A DNA stretch of 64,000 bases from Octopus vulgaris (lineage: Eukaryota): assembly GCA_951406725.2 (NCBI GenBank), contig OX597837.1, positions 45,260,001 through 45,324,000 on the forward strand. Reading direction: 5' to 3'. Below, in pieces: positions 15,034-27,639 of the stretch; within the stretch, counting starts at the first letter, position 1, and every line of letters begins with the position of its first letter. Position numbers and translations under genes: made by a program. A model generated the notes under the pieces. The model was not told the DNA's origin and searched no databases. It worked only from the letters and a program-made list of their open reading frames with translations.

Positions 15034-15308
15034 TTGTGTTCGATGAATAACTTACATCGGTTGTGGTTGTTGAGCTCTAATCGGTATTGACAAATGCCTA
15101 TCTGTATTTGCGAATACTTTTAACTTAAAACAGTTCTTTCGAATAGAAAGAATAGAAAAACAAGAGAAAACAAAAAAAAAACCATTTCAAGAAATATAGA
15201 CAAGCAGCGAAACTTAAATTGGTAAAACCAACGAATCGAACCGTACAGTGCACTTATTGTACAAGTTTTCGCTTTTCATGCGTACCTGGTATTGATAAAG
15301 TTGTCTTT

Positions 15309-15445
15309 GGTGGTGGTGGTGGTGGTGGTGGTGGAGGTGGTGGTGGTGGTGGTGGTGGTGGTGGTGGTGGTGGTGGTGGTGGTGGTGCTGTTGCCGCTGT
15401 TACTGCTGTTGCTGCTGATGATTGTGATGGTGATGGTGATGATGA
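15309..15445. repeat. (GGT)n then GCT/GAT trinucleotide repeats
   Basis: Direct reading. Confidence 0.95.
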
Positions 15446-15636
15446 ATGCGATACACATAGAGAAGTGTTTGTGTGTATTTATGACAACATATTCGTATAT
15501 GAAATTTTGTAGGCCTCTATGTGTATATTTTGTGTGTATCTATCTTTTTATCTATCTATCTTTCTTTCTTTCTCTCTTTGCATGTATATATATATATATA
15601 CATATATATATGTATATACGTATATATAAGTACATG

Positions 15637-15695
<59 letters not shown>

Positions 15696-15786
15696 TTAAA
15701 ATTTAAAAATAGGACAAAATCTTTATAAGAATCTATCAAGTAGTTAGCGTGAAAAACCTCATAAGGGAACAATTTATTAATTATTT

Positions 15787-15837
<51 letters not shown>

Positions 15838-15870
15838 TCTCTTTTTTTCTCTCTCTGTTTCTCTGTGTCA

Positions 15871-15910
15871 CTTTCTGTAGAAGAGCGTAGGCTCGAAACG
15901 TAAAAAACTT
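15871..15910 (+). ncRNA. Minimal hammerhead-ribozyme-like motif (variant core CTGTAGA)
   Basis: ttt CTGTAGA a GAGC gtag GCTC GAAA CGTA aaa, inside a ~165-bp unit flanked by (TA)n on both sides. Confidence 0.55.
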
Positions 15911-15997
15911 TTTTCTATTCCTGAGCTTTATACTAATACATCTGTTTGTTTTGTACACTACCTGTCTTCGTCTTTTGTTTTTTTCGTAAACTTTCCC

Positions 15998-16044
<47 letters not shown>

Positions 16045-16047
<3 letters not shown>

Positions 16048-16079
16048 TCTGAAGAAGAGCTTTGCTCGAAACATAAAAC
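16045..16079 (+). ncRNA. Minimal type-I hammerhead ribozyme motif
   Basis: GTTT CTGAAGA a GAGC ttt GCTC GAAA CATA AAAC: canonical CUGANGA/GAAA core, stem I GUUU/AAAC, stem II GAGC/GCUC. Stem III reads ACAU, one change from ACGU. Confidence 0.7.
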
Positions 16080-16194
16080 TACTTTTCTTTCCTTCTCTGG
16101 GCGTCTGTAAATACTTTGCATGTATCACGTCCTCGCGTTGTTGTTTCTTCCTGTGTTTTTTGTTAGTTTTGTGTGCGTGTGTGTGTGTGTGTTA

Positions 16195-16290
16195 CACTTT
16201 CCGCTAATGATGTTGTGAGCAAGAATGAGATCACCACGGCGTCGTCGTTTTTCTAGAGAATAAAGGTCGAGCGTCTTCAGTCTTTCTTTC
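16195..16290 (-). mobile_element. CR1/L2-type LINE ORF2 C-terminal fragment
   Basis: KERLKTLDLYSLEKRRRRGDLILAHNIISGKC. Confidence 0.8.
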
Positions 16291-16449
16291 ATAAGACAAA
16301 TTCTTGAGACCAAGATCCATGCGGGTAGCCAGCTTCTGGACCCTTTCGATATGCTGTATGTCTTTGAGGAGATAAGGAGAAGAGGCTTGAATCCCGTACT
16401 CCAATATGGGTCACACCAGCGTGACATAGGGTTAGACAGACAGACAGAC

Positions 16450-16488
<39 letters not shown>

Positions 16489-16495
16489 TAGATAA

Positions 16496-16565
<70 letters not shown>

Positions 16566-17423
16566 TCATTCAGTCGTTCATCAATAGGTAAATCAATGGA
16601 GACCAGGACTGTTCAATAGTTGTTGATAGAAGATTTATTTTCAAAAAGTTACACGTTATGGTTGAATAAAACAAAAATAAAACTGAAATACAAATGGTTA
16701 AATTATGAAATACTATAGAATAAAAGTACGGGCGTTTACCAAAGACATACAGCATCAATGGGGAACTCGTGAATATTCCCAAGGTTATTGACACCAGTGC
16801 AAGGAAAGAAGTGTCCCATCTAATGCTCTAGTCATAGGTATAAATGCCGTACTTTGTTTATACGCCTTCCTACTATAGACAAAATGCCTGATATTTTAGG
16901 AGAGGTACCAGTCGATAACAACGACCCCGTACTTATCTGGTACTTATCTGTCGACCTCACAAGGATGAAAGGTGAAGTGGACCTCGGCGCAGAACGTGAA
17001 ACCGTAAGAATTGGCGCTAAGGATTTTCTCCGGCGCGGTAACGAGGTACTCTGTGTATATTGATGACATCAAGAGGTACGGCATATCTGGAGCCCCGGAT
17101 CCGTGGATTCGGATTGCACCCGCCGGTACTTCACCTGATTAACTGAGTGTCTTTTGTTGAATCGATATCGAGGCTGATCTCCGATGACATCATCACAACA
17201 GAGTACACAGAAAAGTATTTGAAGGTTCTTTAACCAACACCAATAGCTGACCACTGGATCGTGGTCATCGCCATCCCGTCAACAAACAATACCAAAAACA
17301 AATATTAAACAGTATGAATATATATAGACTGTTATATTATACTACACGTTTATATATACACACATTTTTATGTATTTTTGTATTATATATACATATAATG
17401 TTTTTAATTTTTATGTATTTTTG

Positions 17424-17499
<76 letters not shown>

Positions 17500-17916
17500 T
17501 TTAAATTTTTATGTATTTTTGTTTTTTTATATATTTTTAAATGCATGCTGAATATTTAAATTTAATTATTTTATACAAATGCTTAATTTTTTTGGGTTTT
17601 TTTTTTTTCGTTTTATGCTTTTTTTTGTAGGTCTTTTTTTGTAGGTCTTGATTTTGTTTTTGTGCTTGCTGTTCTTCAAATGGGAGTCCGTTTTCATAGT
17701 TTGGTTTTCAGTTTTTTAAGAGAGGATCATTCCAGGTGTTCTTCATAAATGATATTCATTCGATAAACGCTATTTACTCTTCTCTGTATTATTCATTTAA
17801 TCTTCGATTCAATTTCCGCTTCCGAGTATTCAAGTATGGTCGCATAACACTATCATTTCATTTATATTACTACGAAGAAGACCCTTCACACATACAGTTA
17901 ATATTTACCGAAGAAG

Positions 17917-18825
17917 TCATCCACCAGATCTGTTCACACTTTTGCAACCACATGACGGCTGCAGGCACTGGTTGTCAGTCAAGTACATATCGATGGTACT
18001 TCTTTTCTTGTTCGTGGACTTAAAAGGAGGCTTAAAAGAATTCCTTAAAACAAGCTCAACTGGAAAAGGATAAGGAATTTTGCGAGTACGGTTTACTTCC
18101 TTCGCCATTTCCCAACAAGAAAGAGCAACAGCCATGTGTATACTTCTATTTTCTTCAGCAATATCAAATGCAGATTTGCCATCGTAATTCTTGGTGTAAG
18201 GGTTTAAGCCTTCCTCAATCAACAACTTGGTGACGTTTAAGTTCTGATTCCTGACAGCATAATGAAGAGCTGTGTTACCATTAACATCTTTCAAATGTAA
18301 CGTGTGTTTGCTCAGCTTTAGCAGTTCCTTTGTTATATCTAAATTAAATACAGCCAACATTAGCGGTGTTTCACCGAGTTCGCTACAGATATTAACATTG
18401 GCGTTATTGGCCAAAAGGAAGTCAGCCATTTTAACATCCCTTTCTGCCAGACATCTCATCAGCGCTGTTGAACCCCACCAACCCTTTGAATTTATATCTG
18501 CTCCGAATTGCAAAAGACAGTAAGCTGCTTCATAACTTTTTGTCCATATAGCCGCCCAAAATGGTGTTATAAATATTATATTGTACAGAGCGCATTTTTG
18601 ATCAACCGGGGCTTGGCATTCTTCAACGAGATAAGATATAAGATCGACATTATTGGTTGTTGCAGCGTGAAACATGGGTGTTACTCCATTATAGAGTAAC
18701 ATTGTCAACATATTACGTTCCTCAAACGTGTAGTGCTCCAATTCGTCCATGATTCCTATCCAATCGTCATACTTTAGGCACCCAGACATATTCTTTATAG
18801 CGTCTTGGAGTCTCTCGCTGTTCAT
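17917..18825 (-). CDS. Ankyrin-repeat protein, Fem-1-like N-terminal domain only (302 aa), paralog A
   Basis: Intact ORF with about 5 ankyrin repeats (GVTPMFHAA, ITPFWAA, GSTALM, GETPLMLA, GNTALHYAV). Order and spacing match the Fem-1 N-terminus (GATPL..YLxExCxAxVxQ..PLWxAA..NSTPL..GHTCLM..GNTALH). A polypyrimidine acceptor (tttgtattttcacag, AG at 18832-18831) lies 5 nt before ATG 18825 (MNSERL), so the ORF-track start at 18915 is probably intronic. Confidence 0.88.
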   Translation of the reverse strand: MNSERLQDAIKNMSGCLKYDDWIGIMDELEHYTFEERNMLTMLLYNGVTPMFHAATTNNVDLISYLVEECQAPVDQKCALYNIIFITPFWAAIWTKSYEAAYCLLQFGADINSKGWWGSTALMRCLAERDVKMADFLLANNANVNICSELGETPLMLAVFNLDITKELLKLSKHTLHLKDVNGNTALHYAVRNQNLNVTKLLIEEGLNPYTKNYDGKSAFDIAEENRSIHMAVALSCWEMAKEVNRTRKIPYPFPVELVLRNSFKPPFKSTNKKRSTIDMYLTDNQCLQPSCGCKSVNRSGG

Positions 18826-19439
18826 TCTACCTGTGAAAATACAAACCAACAAAATGTAAAATAATTCGTTTTTAACTGTGGAACTCGAAGTAGATAAAGC
18901 TACAAATGATAGCATGTAAAAATTGGGTTAAAAGTCTTTGGGATAGAAAAAGTGAAAAGCTGCCCATGGGAGACGAATCCACAGCTTCTATAAATATGAC
19001 AGACGTTCCACCATTGAATCAAAGTAACCCTTCGAATTTCTCTGTTCATTTCATGAGTTTTGTTCTTACCAGTTAAGACATATAAGCTGTTTGCGTCATA
19101 AGAATTTACAAACATCGAGAAACGTGAATGATACGTTTTTAACGGTGGAACTCGAAGTAGATCAAGCTACAAATAATAGTGTATAATACTGCGTTACAGG
19201 AAGAAACTTTTGGATAGAAAATGTCGCCCCTGGGACTCCAACTTACATTTCCTGTACACATGGACCAAAACAATTTTTCGAATTTTCCTATCTATGGAAC
19301 TCGAAGTGGATAAAGCTATAAATAATAGAATGTAAATATTGGATTCTAAAACCTCTAAATTCTAATGATGTAAACAACAGAATGTAATTGTAGTGTCTTT
19401 GGAAATATGTGGTTAAAATGAAAAGCAGTAAACAAGCAC

Positions 19440-19630
19440 ACACACACACACACATATATATGTATACGGCGGGTTTCTTTCAGTTTCCGTTTACCAAATC
19501 CACTCACAAGGCTTTGGTCGACCCGAAGTTATAGTAGAAGGCAGTTACCCAAGGTGCCACGCACTGGTACTGAACCCGGAACCGTGTGGTTGGGAAACAA
19601 GCTTCTTAGCACAAAGCCACGCTCGCGCCT
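19440..19630 (-). mobile_element. SINE family A, 5' half
   Basis: ctttcagtttccgtttaccaaatccactcacaagg...ctgaacccggaacc...agccacgctcgcgcct. Confidence 0.85.
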
Positions 19631-19658
19631 ATAAGTGTGTGTGTGCGCGCGCGTATGA

Positions 19659-19706
<48 letters not shown>

Positions 19707-19748
19707 TTGTGTGTATGTATTAATAAATCTCTCTGTCTGTCTCTCTCC

Positions 19749-19792
<44 letters not shown>

Positions 19793-19819
19793 GTATATAT
19801 GTGTGTATATATATGTGTG

Positions 19820-19912
<93 letters not shown>

Positions 19913-20068
19913 CGCCGTATATACATATATGTATGTATGTGTGTATATATATATACAGAGAGAAAGAGTGACAGAAAGAAAGAGAGAGAGAGAGATTTGT
20001 TAATACATATATACACAGACAGATACACTCATGCACTCATACACACACACATATGCATATGTGAGCGT

Positions 20069-20109
<41 letters not shown>

Positions 20110-20599
20110 CATATATATATATATATTGTTCGAGTGGGACACAAGTTGGTAAAGAATTTATGTCTGACTGCTTAAAGTACATTGAAATAAGAATCTTAGA
20201 GTGAATAAAAAAAAATTTCATCCATAATCGTTAGTTCAAAAAAAAATATACAGTTTTTGGTTTATGGTTCATCAGAATTAATGACTAACATTCAAAATAA
20301 GCGTTTCCTGAACTTTTGGTTCTTTTAGTTCCCGATTAGCCACAGGCAAAACAGAAAATATATTTTGCTGGACAAACAATTAGGGATTGAATATGTTTTA
20401 TATTTATATCGATAGCAATCTATCGAGAGAGATACCTACATTCACAAACGCGTATATATGTATGCATGTATATGTATATGTGTGTATACATATACATACA
20501 TAAATATGTGTATTATATATATATATATATATATATACGCATATATATATATATGTACATGAGTGTATGTGTGTGTATTTGATTAACTTGACTCCAGTG

Positions 20600-21116
<517 letters not shown>

Positions 21117-21439
21117 ATGACCTTTTTAATTAGTGTTATTAATATTCCGTCGAAATTGGACATCATGATTTGCGTCCAAGCCAAGAAAAACAGGAAATGA
21201 CTGCGAGTCTCACTACTAAATCAATATTTAGCATCTTCAGCCATAATTTGTTAAATCAAGCGCTTGATACTTTTCCACTGGCGTGGAATCGTACATGGGA
21301 GCCTGCTGCTAGTTTACCTAAATGTATTTCAGTATCAAACAAATTAGCTTGTCAGAAAATCTCTATAAGAGTTAAAAGTACTAACTATTCTGAGAAGTAT
21401 AGTTTGCTGCCACTTCAACAAGGCTGCTGTGAATGTGAA

Positions 21440-22210
21440 TGTGCACTAAGTTTTAACATTCTAGCTCACTTTTGCTGCTTACAAACAGTACATGGAAGGA
21501 AGGTGTGTTGGTGTGATCGTCGCATTGGCCATAATAGAAAGTTTAGCAGAGAATCTAGATAAAGTTTTGCCATAAAGTTTTGCCAAAAAGTTGGCGATAG
21601 CAGCTCAGAGGCCTACGCAGAGTTTCAAAAAGTTTTCATCGTTCCCGACACAATCAAGGAGATCTTGTGGAACTGAAACCTCAGTATCTTTTTGGTCAAC
21701 TGAAAGCAGTTTTGGCACATACTTGGTAGACACGCGTCTACCCAAATCTATGGCACTGAATGAGTGAACTGATCCATAATTAAACTGCACATCCTCTGAT
21801 AACACACAGTTGCAAGGCACATCTGTGATGTTTTTCTTAGTTCTACTGGTTGCGAATCTCCCACAATGTTTGTCAATATCGACATTTTTTCGACCATCTT
21901 GCAAACTTCTGGACCACTCGTACACTTGTGTGCGACTCATACACTCCTATCCATACACTTTCTGCAACTTTGCGTAGGTCTCTGAGCAGGTATTGCCTTG
22001 ACAGCATGTTCTGTCGTGGTCAATGCGACGATCACACGCTACACAGCTTCCTTCCAAGCACTGCTGTAAACAGCGGAAGTAAGTTAGGAAGATAAGAGGG
22101 ATTGCGCATGCTCAACAAGGTTAAAGGTCTGTGCCAAGCAGCTTCAGTTTGCGTGCTTTAAGCTTCGTTACTATGGCAACAGTCCGGATACTTATTGCTC
22201 AGACCTCGTA
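21440..22210 (-). mobile_element. Mariner 5' relic with TIR and an inverted second 5' end
   Basis: TIR-like TACGAGGTCTGAGCAATAAGTATCCGGAC ends at 22210; MSRTQVYEWSRSLQDGRKNVDIDKHCGR is a mariner HTH. 21460-21630 (+) mirrors 21960-22090. Confidence 0.82.
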
Positions 22211-22389
22211 TATCTATATACTAATATTTATTTATGTATATGTGTATGCATACATACATATACTTATGTATATGTACGTGTGTATGTACGTGTGTGTGTG
22301 TGCATACGTACATATAAGCAAATCAGACATAAAGTAAAAACAAATAAAAGAAAAACAGCACACATTCACAAACATAGACAGGAACAGTT

Positions 22390-22504
22390 GTGTGTATGTA
22401 TGTATATGTATGTATGTATATACGTATATATGTATGTATGTATGTGTGTATGTATGTTTGTATGTATGTATGTGCGTATGTATGAATGTATGTATGTATG
22501 TATG

Positions 22505-22538
<34 letters not shown>

Positions 22539-22724
22539 TGTATGTATGTATGGATATATGTATGTATGTATGTATGGATATATGTATGTATGTATGTACG
22601 TATGTGTGTGTATGTATGAATGTATGTTTGTATGTATGTATGTGTGTGTGTATGTATGTATATGTATGTATGTATGTATATATGTATGTATGTATATATG
22701 TATGTTTGTATATATGTATGTATG

Positions 22725-22757
<33 letters not shown>

Positions 22758-22961
22758 GTATGTATGTATGTATGTATGTAAGTATGTATGTATGTACGTA
22801 TGTATGTATGTATGTATGTAAGTATGTATGTATGTATGTATGTATATGTATGTATGTACGTATGTATGTATGTATGAATGTATGTATGTATGTACGTACG
22901 TACGTATGTATGTATGTATGTATATATATATATGTATGTATGTACGTATGTATGTATGTAT
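22390..22961. repeat. Long imperfect (TATG)n microsatellite
   Basis: Direct reading. Confidence 0.98.
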
Positions 22962-23345
22962 AAAGTGATAAGTCCCTCTGGGCAATATCATGATTTACAT
23001 CTTCCTTAATTGGCACTGGTCTTGGACACACTCCATCTTAAACAAAACAAATGGGGTGCTCACCACTTTTTAAGTTACGCTATGTATTACACCATACATC
23101 AATGTTGACACATAACAACACATTAACGTGTTTTTAATAAATTCAAATACAAATATTTTCATTTTGAATAATATATTTTACACCGTTTATATTCCATCAT
23201 AATATTCAGCAATGATTGAGGATGATATCAACATTGCTGCCTTTTAAGATGGTTTTTCTATTAATTACAGGGTTGGCCCCAGAATAAACACGCCTACGGC
23301 CAAGGAGAGTTTGTGACTTAACCCCAGTTCCGCCCTGCCAGAGTA

Positions 23346-24045
23346 GGCCCACGTTCAAGGGAGTGGCTATCTCTGTTTAACCCCCGGATCAATTCTAACA
23401 CCAGGTAATGACTGGTATGCACCTTTATAAATCAAAGGGGCGGTGTATTTGTTGTTTAACCCCAGGTAAGACTTACTTGAGCAGACCAATAATCAATGAG
23501 TTGGCCCACGTTCAAAGGTGTGGCTATTTCTGTTTAACCCCAGGATCAATTCTAACACCAGGTAATGACTGGTATGCACCTTTATAAATCAAAGGGGTGG
23601 TGTATTTGTTGTTTAACCCCAGGTAAGACTTACTTGAGCAGACCAATAATCAATGAGTTGGCCCACGTTCAAGGGAGTGGCTATCTCTGTTTAACCCCCG
23701 GGTCAATTCTAACACCAGGTAATGACTGGTATGCACCTTTATAAATCAAAGGGGTGGTGTAGTTGTTGTTTAACCCCAGGTAAGACTTACTTGAGCAGAC
23801 CAATAAGCAATGAGTTGGCCCACGTTCAAGGGAGTGGCTATTTCTCTTTACCCCCCCCCCCGGATCAATTCTGATTAAGCTTGACCAACGACCAAAAGGA
23901 GTTAGCCGCTGTAGTTATTGGTACTGCTGTTGTTTAACCCAGGTAATGACTGGTAGGTATGCACATTTATAAATCAAAGGGTCGTTGTAGTTGTTATTTA
24001 ACCCCAGGCAAGACTTAATTGAGCAGCCCAATAATCAATGAGTTG
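23346..24045. repeat. 157-bp tandem satellite (about 4.5 copies)
   Basis: ggcccacgttcaa starts at 23346, 23503, 23660 and 23817. Each unit contains two tgtttaaccc sub-repeats. Confidence 0.95.
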
Positions 24046-25352
24046 TGGTTGTTGGTAATATCCGATCATCGTCGCTATAAACCAAAGGGTGGCTTTGTTG
24101 TCGTTTAACCCTCGGTCAGACTAGGTTGAACAGCCAATGATAAAAATATTCCAACAGTGACCATTTCGTCTTATTTCCCAGGTACACAATTCCTCAAAAC
24201 CAAGTTTTCCAATGTATGTATGGCCCTTTATTGTCTACGACAGAATCATGGGCTGCAAGGGAGATCTGACTGTTGTTTCTAACAGATCGAGCGACAGAGT
24301 AAGTACAGACAACTTTCTTTCGAAAAGCGGGCCGCATGAGACATGATTCCTCATCAGGCGGGCCGCACTAATAAAAAGGTTTAAGATAATTTTAATAAAC
24401 TATATTTTCCCCTTGAAATTAGGCTTGCCATTCTTAAAGTCTCGCGGGCCGCAGTTTGCCCGTGACTGACGGAGACCCGCCTACATTGGTTGGATGTTAA
24501 TAAAGGGTAAGAGATTTATTCTTGTTGGTGTTGTTGTAGCTGTGGTTGTTCATGCTGTTACCTTTGATGATGGCAGTGATGATGATGCTGTGTGTGCGTG
24601 TATACGTGTGTGCGTGTATACATGTGCACGTATGTATGTGTTTGCGTGTGTGTGTGTGTGTCTGTGAGTGAGTGCATGAATGTCTGTATTTGTGCATAGC
24701 TCTATCTGTATGTGTGTGTGTGTGTAATAGTATGTATGTACGTTTATGTGCTTCTGTGTATGAATGTGTGACAGAAATTGTGTGTCAATCGTGAATGTGT
24801 GTGAATGTGTGTATATGTGCATGCATACGTGAGCGAGAATCTGTGTGCGTGTGTATGTGTATGTGTGAGTGTGTGTGTATGTATGTCTATGTGTTTCAAT
24901 CTGTGTGTATATACGTGAGTGTGTTTATGTATGTCTACGTGTGTCTATCTGTGTGTATATACGTGAGTGTGTGTGTATGTATGTCTATGCGTGTCTATCT
25001 GTATGTATATACGTGAGTGTGTGTGTATGCATGACTCTGTCAGGGTGTATGTGTGTATGTGCGTGAATGTGAATGCATGTGTGTCTGTGTGTGTGTCTAC
25101 GTGTGTGTAGCTGTATGTGTGTATGTATGTCATAAGAGACCACTTCTCAAATATTGCCGTCATTAGAATATGAAACCATTTAAAATAAACTCACATTTGA
25201 TACCACAAACACACAAGACCACACCTCCAAATACATACATACATACATAGATACATACATATATAGACGATCAAAACGGCACATATACTCTCACATGTAC
25301 ACACACACTAACAAAGAAACAGATGCACATGTCGGATATATATAGATATATA

Positions 25353-25398
<46 letters not shown>

Positions 25399-25476
25399 TG
25401 GCACCTTGGGCAAGTGTCTTCTACTATAGCCTCGGGCCGACCAAAGCCTTGAGAGTGGATTTGGTAGACGGAAAGT

Positions 25477-25623
<147 letters not shown>

Positions 25624-25647
25624 GGACAGATAGACAGGCACACAGAC

Positions 25648-25710
<63 letters not shown>

Positions 25711-26392
25711 GACAGAGTGACACAGAGAACACAGAGAGAGAGAGAGACAGAGAGACTGACAGACAGACAGACAGACAGAGAATGCAGTTTGCAGTTCAGT
25801 ACATTATCTTTAACATCAAAAGCGGACCCAACTGGACATCATAACGAATTCAGCACATTTCAAGTGTAACGCCGCTCAAGAAGGAAAGGTGAACCGTTGA
25901 TAGTTGAACCAAAGATCATCCCACTCATATATGAATTCAACCCCTCCGTTCCGTCTCAGACAATCCAATCGCAAAACCTTTACGTACCCTAGAAATGCTG
26001 GCAAAATTCCCCCTAATTCGCACCCAGTTCTCATTAAAGAAACACTTTAGATAAAATATTCTGTGATATTGTTCTTCTATAAGAAATAGCATTTTCTTTT
26101 CTGTAACAGTGGACCTCGAAGCATACATAGAGCTATAAAAGATAGCATGTAAGTATAAGGTTGAAAACATCCGTTTGGATAGAAAATGTTCGAAGCTGCT
26201 CATGAGACCCTTCGACTTTTTATATCCGAAATGAAGTGGGGTTGAACCCATGTTATTATTATACGGCTTTATGTGTATTCATCGAGATATAGTATTTACC
26301 ACCACCCACCCACCCATCTTCGAGACAAAAAAATGAATTATGGTACGTCCTCGGAAGTTTGTAAAATTCTTTCAAGACCAACGATAACAAAG

Positions 26393-26790
26393 TGGGCGTA
26401 GCTATGTGATAAGAAGCTTAATTCGCAATCACATTGTTCCGGGTTCAGTCCCACTGTGTGGCACTTTGGGCAAGTGCCTTCTACTTTAGCCTCGTGCCAA
26501 CCAAAGCCTTGTGAGTGGGGTTAGTAGATGGAAACTCAAAGAAGCCCTTGGAATACATATATATTTACATGTGTGTGTGTGTGTTTGCGTTTGTGTTCGT
26601 CCTGCACCACTGCTTGACATTGTCTATGCTCCCGTAAATTAGCGGTTCGACAAACGGCAGCAATAGAATAACTACCAGGCTTTAAAAAAAATAATTGCTA
26701 GGATCGATTCGTTCAACTATAAATTCTTAAATTCTTCAAGGCGGTGCCCTAGCATTAACGTAGTCTAGTGACCGAAGAAACTAAAAGGTT
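26393..26790 (+). mobile_element. SINE family A, diverged
   Basis: tRNA-like head with ccgggttcagtcccactg, then the core and 3' module. Confidence 0.82.
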
Positions 26791-26946
26791 AAAAAATACA
26801 AGGTATAAATATATGTGATGGTCATGCCTGGAATGGTGACATCACTGTGCTTCTCAAACTTCACTGGTTTCGTGCTAAACAATAACAAGAATGACAATAC
26901 ATGACAACTCCTGAAACAAGAATTGGTAAAGGCGCAAGATACTTAC

Positions 26947-27092
26947 TTGTAGACCAAGACTATTTTTTCGCTCTCGGGGCGTATTATAAATATATCTGGA
27001 CAGCAATACAACTGAACTACCAGAACTTGACTCGCCGTTAAATTTTCTATTCTGGTTAGTTTGGGCCAAATAATACCTCTCTGGGATATAGT
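26947..27092 (-). other. Candidate non-coding first exon, possibly the 5'UTR of paralog A
   Basis: Runs from the candidate TSS to a consensus donor CAA|GTAAGT (26946-26941). It contains no ATG and is on the same strand as the acceptor at 18831. Confidence 0.4.
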
Positions 27093-27122
27093 GAAACCTA
27101 ATCGCCTCGGCTGTCTTTTATA
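27089..27122 (-). promoter_or_regulatory. Candidate TATA + initiator core promoter
   Basis: Minus-strand TATAAAAG at 27122-27115 and an Inr-like TTCACT whose A is at 27092, 30 nt downstream of the first T. Confidence 0.45.
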
Positions 27123-27601
27123 TTCTTTCAAAACGACTTGGGGATGGGTGGGGGATAAATGGACTTTAACCGAGATGCTTTATTTTGGATTGCGAAGAAT
27201 AGAAAAATGTACCAAGACGAATACGTGGGAAAATGTGACGTTATTTTGGCGGGTAATTTCTTCGGTGATGAAGTGGGTTGAGAAATTTAGGCTTTATTTT
27301 AGAATACTACAAATAATTTTGTTTAAATTTTTTTAAATTCAATTTCTTATTTATGTTCCTGTTGCCGTCTTATCAAACATGAGAGAATATTCCGTATAAC
27401 AGAACAAATCTGTATAAAACAGTATAACATCGATATACCGCGTGTGTACCGTTGGCGATTTTTTTCCTCTGTCTTCCCTTCTCTGGATCTTTCCTTCTCC
27501 TATGTTTCCGACGAAGAGCTCCTGAACGTCCAATAATACTATATTTGCTCCACGTCCTCGTGTTGTTGCTTTTTTGTGCTTTCTTGTTTGGATTAACTTT
27601 A

Positions 27602-27635
<34 letters not shown>

Positions 27636-27639
<4 letters not shown>

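Noticed and set aside
18826-18915. N-terminal extensions of the two ankyrin ORFs (also 47605-47685); both ORFs are listed as 332 aa
   Set aside because: They start at non-ATG codons and cross polypyrimidine/AG acceptors. The equal length is coincidental.
23346-24045. Possible CRISPR-like array
   Set aside because: The whole unit repeats with no unique spacers, there are no cas genes, and the context is eukaryotic. The same applies to 38264-39525.
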